Shown piece after piece: positions 56,101-64,000 of a stretch of DNA of 64,000 nt. The DNA lies in assembly GCA_036337435.1 (NCBI GenBank), contig JAYZEG010000033.1:1916-65915 (forward strand). Reading direction: 5' to 3'. Position numbers and translations under genes: made by a program. The notes beneath the pieces are model-generated. The model did no database searches, was not told the DNA's origin, and saw only the letters and a list, made by a program, of their open reading frames with translations. How positions within the stretch are numbered: position 1 is the first letter of the stretch; each line of letters begins with the position of its first letter. This DNA comes from Myxococcota bacterium. Lineage in GTDB: Bacteria > Myxococcota_A > Bradymonadia > UBA7976 > UBA1532.

Positions 56101-57776
56101 GAGCGAGCAAACTTCCTATATTTGATCCGCTTCGGGATGATTGTATCGACACCGAGACGGCGTTTTTTGTCTTCTTCATAGTCTTGATAGTTGCCCTCGA
56201 ACCAAACGACATTGGAGTCGCCTTCGAAAGCAATGATATGCGTCGCAATACGGTCGAGAAACCATCTGTCATGGCTGATAATGAGCGCACATCCTGCAAA
56301 TGATAAGAGTGCCTCTTCCAAGGCCCGTAATGTATCGACATCAAGGTCGTTTGTCGGCTCATCGAGCAAGAGAACATTGCCGCCGGACTTGAGGAGTTTG
56401 GCCAGATGAACTCGGTTCCGTTCACCACCGGATAGGTAGCCAACCTTCTTCTGCTGGTCGCCGCCCTTAAATCCGAATGCGCCGACGTAAGCTCGAGAGT
56501 TCATGTCATAGCGACCCATCTCAATGACTTCGGCACCGCCGGTGATCTCCTCCCAAATATTGTGATCGCCAGCCAGTTCAGCCCGACTCTGGTCCACATA
56601 TGCAATGTCGACAGTTTCACCTGTTTTGATCTGACCGGAATCGGGTGTTTGCTCGCCTGTCAGCATCCGAAACAAGGTTGTTTTGCCCGCCCCGTTGGGG
56701 CCGATAATGCCAACGATGGCCCCCGGTGGAAGTAAGAAATCGAGCTCATCGACCAAAAGTCTATCACCAAACCCTTTGGTCACCGATTTGGCCTCGAAAA
56801 CGAGATCACCCAAGCGCGGGCCCGGAGGGATTCTCAATTCAAGTTTAGACCGCTGCTCTTCGTTTTGTTCGTTCAGCAGTGCCTCGAAAGCGCGAACACG
56901 CGCTTTACTCTTTGTCTGGCGCCCCTTCGGCGATTGCCTGATCCAATCTAATTCGTCCTTTAAAGCACGCTGCCGCGCAGACTCTCGTTTATCTTTGCTG
57001 CGGAGGCGATCCTGTTTTTGCTCTAACCAAGTCGAGTAGTTCCCCTTCCACGGGATCCCATGACCATTATCGAGTTCTAAAATCCACTCGGTCACGTTAT
57101 CGAGAAAGTAACGGTCGTGGGTAATTAAGACGATGGTTCCATGGTAGGTTGTGAGGTGACCCTCCAGCCATGCAACAGTCTCCGCATCAAGGTGATTCGT
57201 CGGTTCATCCAAGAGGAGAAGATCAGGCTTCTCGAGAAGCAGGCGGCATAAGGCTACGCGCCTCCGCTCACCACCGCTCAGATGAGTGACGGCATCATCG
57301 CCAGGTGGCAGTCTAAGTGCGTCCATTGCGACTTCAATTTGACTGTCGAGCTCCCAAGCGTTGACAGCATCTATCTTGTCCTGCAAAACACCCATTCGGT
57401 CGTAGAGCTTTGTCATCTCGTCGTCGTCCATGGGCTCGCCCATTTTCCCCGTGATGTCATTGAACTCATCTAGAAGTGCCTGAGTTTGTGCAACACCGAG
57501 TTTGACGTTCTCAAAAACCGATAGCGACTCATCTAATTCCGGTTCTTGGGGGAGATACCCGACGGTATAGCCCTTAGCTAACCAAGCTTCTCCAACAAAG
57601 TCTGTATCTTGTCCGGCCATAATCCGTAGCAGCGTCGACTTCCCTGCCCCGTTTCCACCGATGACGCCAATCTTAGCACCTGGATAAAAAGATAAGTGAA
57701 TTCCTTTCAGGACGTCTTTACCGTTTGTGTATACCTTTTTTAGGTCGCGCATGTGGTAAATAAACTGCTCAGCCAT
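56097..57776 (-). CDS. ettA: Energy-dependent translational throttle protein EttA (ABC-F)
   Basis: By recall it is collinear with E. coli EttA (LSFYPGAKIGVIGGNGAGKSTLLRIMAG, arm and linker regions, about 555 aa). Confidence 0.95.
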   Translation of the reverse strand: MAEQFIYHMRDLKKVYTNGKDVLKGIHLSFYPGAKIGVIGGNGAGKSTLLRIMAGQDTDFVGEAWLAKGYTVGYLPQEPELDESLSVFENVKLGVAQTQALLDEFNDITGKMGEPMDDDEMTKLYDRMGVLQDKIDAVNAWELDSQIEVAMDALRLPPGDDAVTHLSGGERRRVALCRLLLEKPDLLLLDEPTNHLDAETVAWLEGHLTTYHGTIVLITHDRYFLDNVTEWILELDNGHGIPWKGNYSTWLEQKQDRLRSKDKRESARQRALKDELDWIRQSPKGRQTKSKARVRAFEALLNEQNEEQRSKLELRIPPGPRLGDLVFEAKSVTKGFGDRLLVDELDFLLPPGAIVGIIGPNGAGKTTLFRMLTGEQTPDSGQIKTGETVDIAYVDQSRAELAGDHNIWEEITGGAEVIEMGRYDMNSRAYVGAFGFKGGDQQKKVGYLSGGERNRVHLAKLLKSGGNVLLLDEPTNDLDVDTLRALEEALLSFAGCALIISHDRWFLDRIATHIIAFEGDSNVVWFEGNYQDYEEDKKRRLGVDTIIPKRIKYRKFARS

Positions 57777-57934
57777 GTCACCCTCTGTTGCTCGTTCGTT
57801 GTCGTGGTTGGTGCGACCCTGGACGGGTCAGACTGCGGACACACTAGCCCCATCTGGCTCGTTTACACAAGCACAACGGGTTGATGTTAGATTCGGTGGG
57901 GAAAAAGCGCGGTGGTAGCGTTCAGGATAGCGAC

Positions 57935-58066
57935 TCAGGTCGATGACAGACGGCCGTTTCGCTTCTTCTTGAGTGCGCTGGCATTACGCAACCGAGACTT
58001 TCTCAATTTGGCCTTTCGAGCCGCTTTACGACGGGCTGTGTTGCGACGCTTATTGGCTTGTTTCAT
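57935..58066 (-). CDS. Untracked 43-aa hyperbasic microprotein
   Basis: Hand translation gives MKQANKRRNTARRKAARKAKLRKSRLRNASALKKKRNGRLSST, with 19 of 43 residues K/R and no D/E. ATG at 58066 has AAGGAG 7 nt upstream. It is co-oriented with ettA, 158 nt downstream. Confidence 0.45.
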   Translation of the reverse strand: MKQANKRRNTARRKAARKAKLRKSRLRNASALKKKRNGRLSST

Positions 58067-58202
58067 GGCCGACTCCTTCATTTAATCTTCCATCAGTCAG
58101 GCCGCGCATTCTGTCTGTACTTGCTTCAGAGATCAAGTCTATCCGTCAGATTTCGTCTTTTTTCTCTGAAAACATCCGTAGACGCAGGCCTCTGGGCAGA
58201 AA

Positions 58203-60017
58203 TTATGACCCGTTTTTTTCGAAATACAGCCTATCGATGCGGTCCGCATACCGAGCAACCACCCGATCACGACGAATTTTGAGTGATGGTGTGAGCAATG
58301 ATTCTTGTGTTGAGAATGCGTCGGCGATTAATTCAAAGTCACGAACCGTTTCATGTTTTGCCAGCCTCTGGTTGACACGGTTGACCGACTCTTCAATGAC
58401 GCGCCTGATTTTTGGTTCACGGAGAAGCGATTCTGGTTCTCGAAAGAACAACTTCTTTTTTTTGGCCCATGCTTCCAATTCAGTCATTGCAGGTACGATC
58501 AACGCAATACAGTAGGGTCGATTGTCACCGATGAGGCAGGCTTGTTCGATCATCGGCTCGAGACGCAACAAACTCTCAACTCGCTGCGGTGCCACATAGC
58601 GTCCACCAGAATCCTTAAATAGGTCTTTTTTTCGGTCGGTAATCCAGACAAAACCGTCGCGATCAACGCGCCCGATATCACCGGTGGCCAACCAGCCATC
58701 ATCGGATAAAACAGCGCGGGTAATGGAGGGCTGCTTCCAATATCCCTGCATTACGCTCGGTGCCTTGACCATGATTTCACCGTCGGTCGCAATGCGTACC
58801 CGAACATTATCCAACGCCTGCCCAACACTGCCGAATCGATAATTTTCCGGTCGATTTACGCTCACCACAGGCGATGTTTCGGTCAATCCATATCCCTCGA
58901 GAATTAAGACACCTGAGGAGAAGAAGAACTCGGCGATTTCAGGGGCGAGTGCAGCACCGCCTGAAACCAAAATCCGTAAACGACCTCCAAGACGATCATG
59001 CAAATCACGGAAAATTTTATCCCTGAGCCAGCCATACTGCCAGTTGAGGGTCTTACCACCTTGGCGACCGGTTTGTTGCTTCCGACTGAGACGCGCACCA
59101 ACAGACAAAGCCGCGCCCATAGCAAGGCGCTTCGCCGGAGTCGATTCGCGCCGTACAATCTGTGCACGCCGGTAGACTTTCTCATAGAGTCGGGGCACAC
59201 CGGTCATCAAAGTGGGTCGAACTTCTTCCAAATCTTCCAGCAAGCGGTCCATACCACATGAATAGTAGATGGTCGCACCGCCGAAGAAAGACGGCATGTA
59301 ATAGCCGGCCATGCGTTCGAAACTATGGCTTAATGGCAAGAACGACAGCAGAACATCCTCATGGCTTATGGGAATTGCGCGCAGGCATGCCTCACAATTA
59401 CTGGTCATATTTTCGTGGGATATCATGACGCCTTTTGGCTGCCCCGTGGTCCCTGATGTGTAAATTAAGGTCATTAAGTCTGAGGGTTTTATCGCGTCGA
59501 TTCGAGCGGGTATCGAACTTAAGTGCGCCGATGGCCGTCCGAGGTTTTCGAGCTTCAAAAGGCTTAAATGTTCGGCATCGAGTTCATCTAGAACTTTGAC
59601 GGCTGAGTGAAAGGCGACCAGATATTGTGTGTCCGGAAATCGACTGATCTCCCCAGCGACTCGCCTCAGTACATCGGCCTCACCGACGAACACGGCCTTG
59701 ACACCGGAATCCGATAGGATCCAGTCGATATCCTCCATCGATGCCGTTTCAGATATCGCGACGGTCGCTGCACCAATGGACAGGATAGCCAAATCGGCAA
59801 TGACCCATTCTACGCTGCTCTGACCAATAATGGCTACGCGTTCGCCAGCCTCAACGCCAAGTTCGAGGAGCCCCGCTGCCGCGGCATCAACACGCTCATT
59901 GATCTGAAGCCAAGTCAGAGGCCGCCAGTGTCGATCACGGCGGCTGTAAATCATAGGCCTGCTGTGCAGTTTCGCGACCTGCTCTCGAAAAACTGCTGGA
60001 ATGGTCCGTGTCGTCAT
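58203..60017 (-). CDS. Long-chain fatty-acid--CoA ligase (AMP-forming)
   Basis: AMP-binding motifs YTSGTTGQPKGVMISH and GYGLTET, with a FACS-like C-terminus. ATG at 60017 has GAGG upstream. The ORF-track start at 60026 is TTG. Confidence 0.9.
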   Translation of the reverse strand: MTTRTIPAVFREQVAKLHSRPMIYSRRDRHWRPLTWLQINERVDAAAAGLLELGVEAGERVAIIGQSSVEWVIADLAILSIGAATVAISETASMEDIDWILSDSGVKAVFVGEADVLRRVAGEISRFPDTQYLVAFHSAVKVLDELDAEHLSLLKLENLGRPSAHLSSIPARIDAIKPSDLMTLIYTSGTTGQPKGVMISHENMTSNCEACLRAIPISHEDVLLSFLPLSHSFERMAGYYMPSFFGGATIYYSCGMDRLLEDLEEVRPTLMTGVPRLYEKVYRRAQIVRRESTPAKRLAMGAALSVGARLSRKQQTGRQGGKTLNWQYGWLRDKIFRDLHDRLGGRLRILVSGGAALAPEIAEFFFSSGVLILEGYGLTETSPVVSVNRPENYRFGSVGQALDNVRVRIATDGEIMVKAPSVMQGYWKQPSITRAVLSDDGWLATGDIGRVDRDGFVWITDRKKDLFKDSGGRYVAPQRVESLLRLEPMIEQACLIGDNRPYCIALIVPAMTELEAWAKKKKLFFREPESLLREPKIRRVIEESVNRVNQRLAKHETVRDFELIADAFSTQESLLTPSLKIRRDRVVARYADRIDRLYFEKNGS

Positions 60018-60225
60018 GAGCCTCAAATCTATTTCGTCTGCACAGAGACCCGCTGCCCAGGAGGCATTGCCACGCTCCGTTGAAACCGTTCAGAGGCAAA
60101 ACATAGCAAATAAAAGCAAGCCAATGTGGATAAAGATGCGGAGCTTCTTGCCCCGGATCCTCACTCCATGCAAGTCTCCCATATCGGAGAGAATTTTGTC
60201 TAGATCTTGGAGGGTTTGAGACCCG

Positions 60226-63200
60226 ATGCGTCCATCTGATTTTCCAGACGGTTATATTTCCCAAAGAGAACTCGGGGAAGGGTCCATGGGTCAGGTGTGG
60301 CTTGCGCGTACAACCGAGGGCGCCCACTGTGCCGTAAAAATTCTAAATTTACGTCAAGATCGACGAGGGTCTTCGGAGCGTTCGTTTAATCGAGAGGTGC
60401 GGGCGATGGCCCGTCTGTCACACCCTGGCATCATTCAAGTTCATGATTTTGGACGGACACCGAAGGGGGCTCCATTTGTCGTCATGGAATACGCGTCAGG
60501 TTCGCCGCTCAATCCGTACATGCGAGGCAGCTGGACTTGGCGGAGGCTCTGGACCCTACTCGATGGGCTCTTATCGGCTCTCGGCCATGCGCACGCACGC
60601 GAGCTAATTCATCGTGACCTCAAGCCCGGCAACGTCATTGTTATGCCAGACAGAACGGGCCCAGGCGCAGTCAAACTGGCGGATTTCGGAATCGCCTTGG
60701 CCATGTCAGAAACCAAGGTGTCTGAACGTCGGATTGAGGGGACACCTGCTTACATCGCGCCAGAGGCCGCATCGGGCGATGTCGCGTCAGTGGGTCCGTG
60801 GACAGACCTGTACTCTCTTGGCGTCATGCTCTTCGAAATTTTAACTGGAGACCTGCCCTACCATGGTCGTCATTTACTTGCGCATCATCAGCGGAGTCCC
60901 GTGCCACCAATCGAGATTCGACACGATGTCACAGTCTCTCCCGAAATCATCCCCATCGTCAGACGACTCTTAGAGAAAGTGCCTCATCGACGCTACCGCT
61001 CTGTTGCTGCTCTGAGAAGCGCCTTGTCCGAACTCGGTGTTCCTTCACCAGCAGCCCCGTTAGGCACGCCGCCAGCCACTGGTCTGTTCATGGACGATGA
61101 GTTCCCCGACGAGATGGTCACCCTGCAACCTATCTCGGGGCCCAGCGGCCCAGGTCTATTTCACATTCGACAACCACAACTCGTCGGCAGACGAGGGATT
61201 CAAGATGTCTTGACGACCGCTGCTGAGGCAGCCATTGCAGGACGGGGACCTCGCTTAGTTATGTTGGAAGGACATGCAGGCGTTGGAAAAAGCTATCTGG
61301 GTGCCTGGCTTCGAGAGCAATTAGAAGAGAGTGGCCGGATGCGTACTCTGGTCATTCGCAGCGAGCCACAAGCCCAACAAGGTGGCGGTCTTCGTGCCGC
61401 CTTACTGCGACTATTGGGCGCGCCGACAGCGGATCGAGACCAGGCGGAAGACCTCTTTCTAGAGGCGTTCGAAGATCCAAAATTAAGACAGCTGGCGATG
61501 CGGGTTTTGTGGCCAGAGGATGACCAAACGGGTCCCATGAGTGATCTCGCAATCAGAGAGGCAGCTGAACTCATCAAAGCCGTGGTGGGTGACACCCCAT
61601 TTATGCTTTGGAGCGATGACTCACAATGGTCTCCCGAGGGCCGCGTGTTGCAACTCATTCATCGCTTAGCAAGGCCCGATGGCTTGACACACCTTCTGGT
61701 CCTGGTGACCCTTCGACCCAGTGAACGCGCGGCTGTCCAATCAACCTGTCGTGACCTCATGCGTTTGCCCGGCGCAGAAGCCCTTGCACTGGGTCCCGTC
61801 AGTCCCTTGGAACTGGCCCCGGCCCTCGAATCCCTTGCCCCTTTGCCCGACGGCCTTGCCGAGGCTGCGAGCATGGTTGCCGCTGGAAATCCGTTGATCG
61901 CCGTCGAAGCGGTTCGAAGCTTTTTGGAGACTGAAGGCCTGGGCCATGCGCCAACGGATCCAAATTTAGTTTTGCAACAACGAATTGAGCGTGCCACCAG
62001 CGGAGAGCGCGGTGGTGAAATGTTAAGTGCGCTCGCCCGTGCCACCCTTTTGGGACGGTCCTTTACGCTTGGCCCCCTGTGCAAATTATGCAGTGTAGAC
62101 GGGGATCTCAATGCGCCTCAATTAACAGGAGACCAAGAATTCGTTCACAGCCTTCTCGAGGAGGCTGTGAATAGCGGTCTTGCCATCGAGCAAGGCGAAC
62201 GGCGTTGGCGATTTGGCCATGATCTGATTCGGACGCAGCTCCGTAAAACCTGTCGCCAACTCCAAAACTGGCCAAGTTTGAATCGAAAAGCCGCGAGCAT
62301 CCGGATGGATAGGGCGCGTGTTGACCCAACGGGAATCGAACTGGAAGTCGTCGCGCGTCATATGTGGGAGGCTGATGCAACACAGGACGCCCTTCAACTC
62401 GGCTTGGAAGGCCTAGACCGGCTTCATTCATCGGGGCTTATGGGTCATGCGAACTCTTTTGCCCGTCGTCTGATACGCTGGGATGACGAACGCGAGCTCC
62501 TCGATGTCGTCGAAAAAGGCGACCTATTGCTGATGGCAAGCGAAGCGGCCGAGCATGCCGGGCAACCCCATGAAGCAGAGCAATATGCGCGTACTGCAAC
62601 GGACCTCGCAAGAGACGAAAAACTCGCCGCATTGGGCGCGCGAGCGGCGGGCCGTCTCGGTGTACTGAAATTACAGCACGATACACCTGAAGAGGCTGAA
62701 CACTGGCTTTGGGACGCACTTCGTTTCGCACGCACAAGCGGAGATCAGCGCGCATTGGCAGACGTGAACCTATCCCTGGGCTATTTTTATCAACGCCGCG
62801 AGAAACTCGATTTGTCGAGTACGGCCTACCAGGTCTGTCTCGAGCTGGCCGTCGAAAACGAAATGGGCGTCGCCGAACTGTCAGCTCGCGCCGCCTTAGC
62901 TGGTCTCGACCGCGTGATGGGCCATCTTGAGCGCGCTGAAAAAACCTTTGAGGCTGTCGCGACTCGAGCACAGGAAAAAGGCCTCGAAGTCATCGCCCTC
63001 AACGCGCGCCTGCAACTGGGCCTCTGCGCAAAATATCGCAACGATCCGGCAACGGCCTGGGACACCTTTGAAGAAGTGCGAAGTGGCGCTCGGGGCAATC
63101 TATTCAGCATTGATTTTTTCGCCTGCCTCGGCGCGGCGTGGGCGGCAGCTGCACAGGGTCGGTGGCATGAAGCTGAAACGCCGTTGATGCATGCAGAAGA

Positions 63201-63360
63201 CCTCAGATACGACGTCCGGTTACGAGACCCAGAGGCTGAAGAAATGCGGATATCAATTCGAAAACTGGCGACCGATGCGCGGCGTCCAGATATTGTCGAA
63301 CGCATTAAGCGACTCGATATTTTGCGTACCAAGACGGGGTCAACGCAACACTCGCTCTAA
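60226..63360 (+). CDS. Ser/Thr protein kinase fused to a STAND-type P-loop NTPase and TPR-like C-terminal region (1044 aa)
   Basis: Hanks kinase motifs LGEGSMGQVW, AVKIL, HRDLKPGNV, DFG and GTPAYIAPE, then Walker A GHAGVGKSYL and a long helical-repeat C-terminus. Confidence 0.9.
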   Translation: MRPSDFPDGYISQRELGEGSMGQVWLARTTEGAHCAVKILNLRQDRRGSSERSFNREVRAMARLSHPGIIQVHDFGRTPKGAPFVVMEYASGSPLNPYMRGSWTWRRLWTLLDGLLSALGHAHARELIHRDLKPGNVIVMPDRTGPGAVKLADFGIALAMSETKVSERRIEGTPAYIAPEAASGDVASVGPWTDLYSLGVMLFEILTGDLPYHGRHLLAHHQRSPVPPIEIRHDVTVSPEIIPIVRRLLEKVPHRRYRSVAALRSALSELGVPSPAAPLGTPPATGLFMDDEFPDEMVTLQPISGPSGPGLFHIRQPQLVGRRGIQDVLTTAAEAAIAGRGPRLVMLEGHAGVGKSYLGAWLREQLEESGRMRTLVIRSEPQAQQGGGLRAALLRLLGAPTADRDQAEDLFLEAFEDPKLRQLAMRVLWPEDDQTGPMSDLAIREAAELIKAVVGDTPFMLWSDDSQWSPEGRVLQLIHRLARPDGLTHLLVLVTLRPSERAAVQSTCRDLMRLPGAEALALGPVSPLELAPALESLAPLPDGLAEAASMVAAGNPLIAVEAVRSFLETEGLGHAPTDPNLVLQQRIERATSGERGGEMLSALARATLLGRSFTLGPLCKLCSVDGDLNAPQLTGDQEFVHSLLEEAVNSGLAIEQGERRWRFGHDLIRTQLRKTCRQLQNWPSLNRKAASIRMDRARVDPTGIELEVVARHMWEADATQDALQLGLEGLDRLHSSGLMGHANSFARRLIRWDDERELLDVVEKGDLLLMASEAAEHAGQPHEAEQYARTATDLARDEKLAALGARAAGRLGVLKLQHDTPEEAEHWLWDALRFARTSGDQRALADVNLSLGYFYQRREKLDLSSTAYQVCLELAVENEMGVAELSARAALAGLDRVMGHLERAEKTFEAVATRAQEKGLEVIALNARLQLGLCAKYRNDPATAWDTFEEVRSGARGNLFSIDFFACLGAAWAAAAQGRWHEAETPLMHAEDLRYDVRLRDPEAEEMRISIRKLATDARRPDIVERIKRLDILRTKTGSTQHSL

Positions 63361-63383
63361 CGCATGTTCGCTCGATGGACTCG

Positions 63384-64000
63384 TTAGACCACCCGAAAAA
63401 AAGTGTCTAGCAATGGAATAAACGAGTCGAATTCTGTCGTGATCAGACGTCGTATATGTTCACCGCGAGGCTGTCCATTCGCAATGGCAACCACAGACAA
63501 GTGTGCCGACGCTGCAGCCTGAATACCCGCATTGCTATCTTCAAACACCAAGCCGTCTCCTGGCTTCAAAGCCAATCGATCTAACGCCATTCGATAGCAT
63601 TCAGGATCGGGTTTCGCTCGCCTGTACATTCCCGCGGCCACGATGGTATCGACACAATCATGTAATGAGAAATGCTCTAACCATCGGCGAACAACATCAA
63701 CACGGCTGCCCGTGACGATGGCTACGGCACCAAGCTTTGATGCGAAGTTCAAAGCCTCTCGTGCACCGGGAATCGAGCGAGGCTCTTCCAACACTTTCTT
63801 CTGAAAAGCAGTGGCACAGACGTCTGCCAGCAGCGTGGGGTCAACCGCTCGGCTCTCACTGACTAACTCAGCGATTGCCTGCCAAGTCCAGCCACCCACA
63901 TCTTTTTGATGCTCGACTTGGGCGAGACCAAACTGTGTTAAAACCCTCTGAACGATGGGCCAAGTGAAGCATTCGCTGTCTGATAGCACGCCATCAAAGT
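63384..64000 (-). CDS. HAD-superfamily hydrolase (beta-phosphoglucomutase-like), 5-prime end beyond window
   Basis: The frame stays open to nt 64000, where it reads FDGVLSDSE (HAD motif I, DxDGV). Motifs TGS and VFEDSNAGIQAA lie downstream. Confidence 0.8.
   Translation of the reverse strand, partial: FDGVLSDSECFTWPIVQRVLTQFGLAQVEHQKDVGGWTWQAIAELVSESRAVDPTLLADVCATAFQKKVLEEPRSIPGAREALNFASKLGAVAIVTGSRVDVVRRWLEHFSLHDCVDTIVAAGMYRRAKPDPECYRMALDRLALKPGDGLVFEDSNAGIQAAASAHLSVVAIANGQPRGEHIRRLITTEFDSFIPLLDTFFRVV

Noticed and set aside
57973-58515. 180-aa plus-strand ORF overlapping the 3-prime end of the acyl-CoA synthetase gene and the microORF region
   Set aside because: It is antisense to a gene with clear AMP-binding family sequence. 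Its start is non-ATG and its product is Ser/Arg-rich.
61293-63332. Multiple 100-177-aa minus-strand ORFs inside the kinase-STAND-TPR gene
   Set aside because: They are antisense to a continuous 1044-aa ORF with kinase and P-loop motifs, and their products are Arg/Ser/Ala-rich.
1-64000. Search by eye for tRNA/rRNA genes, CRISPR arrays, IS elements, integrases, prophage genes, toxin-antitoxin pairs and known defence-system hallmarks
   Set aside because: None found. The intergenic regions are short and lack tRNA-like GGTTCGAATCC arms or spaced direct repeats. No transposase, integrase or reverse-transcriptase-like ORF is present. This is a visual scan only; tRNAscan-SE, Infernal, CRISPRCasFinder and DefenseFinder would be the decisive checks.

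Overview
Dense 64-kb chromosomal window from a Gram-negative bacterium. The gene content (Myxococcus-type cysteine-rich-repeat lipoproteins, a giant STAND Ser/Thr kinase, FtsZ with a very long Pro-rich linker) suggests a Myxococcota/Bdellovibrionota-like lineage, but that is inference only. About 50 protein-coding genes are called. I saw no rRNA, tRNA, CRISPR array, transposase or integrase. Layout: (1) argH, then a complete minus-strand dcw division/cell-wall cluster mraZ-rsmH-ftsL-ftsI-murE-murF-mraY-ftsW-murG-ddl-ftsQ-ftsA-ftsZ (2.7-17.8 kb). It is tightly translationally coupled and lacks murD, murC and murB. (2) An AT-rich 430-bp spacer with exact repeats, then ybiT, alr, a DUF218 gene and yqgE. 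(3) An uncharacterised locus at 23-32 kb: kynureninase-like PLP enzyme, 869-aa HEAT protein, degenerate HD-GYP-like protein and YqgE, divergent from a 942-aa HEAT protein. The three unknowns share an N-terminal segment. (4) A 10.7-kb block at 32.7-43.4 kb encoding three giant secreted proteins: two Cys-rich-repeat/PPC-like lipoproteins flanking a PKD/beta-propeller protein. (5) Nudix, HEAT and YgfZ genes. (6) A five-gene nucleotide-sugar cassette without glycosyltransferases. (7) Ferredoxin, TPR protein, ettA and an untracked 43-aa hyperbasic microORF. (8) Acyl-CoA synthetase, a 1044-aa kinase-STAND-TPR protein and a partial HAD hydrolase. The best candidates for something undescribed are the HEAT/degenerate-HD-GYP locus and the giant secreted-protein block. 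All family calls rest on motifs recognised by eye; no database search was run.
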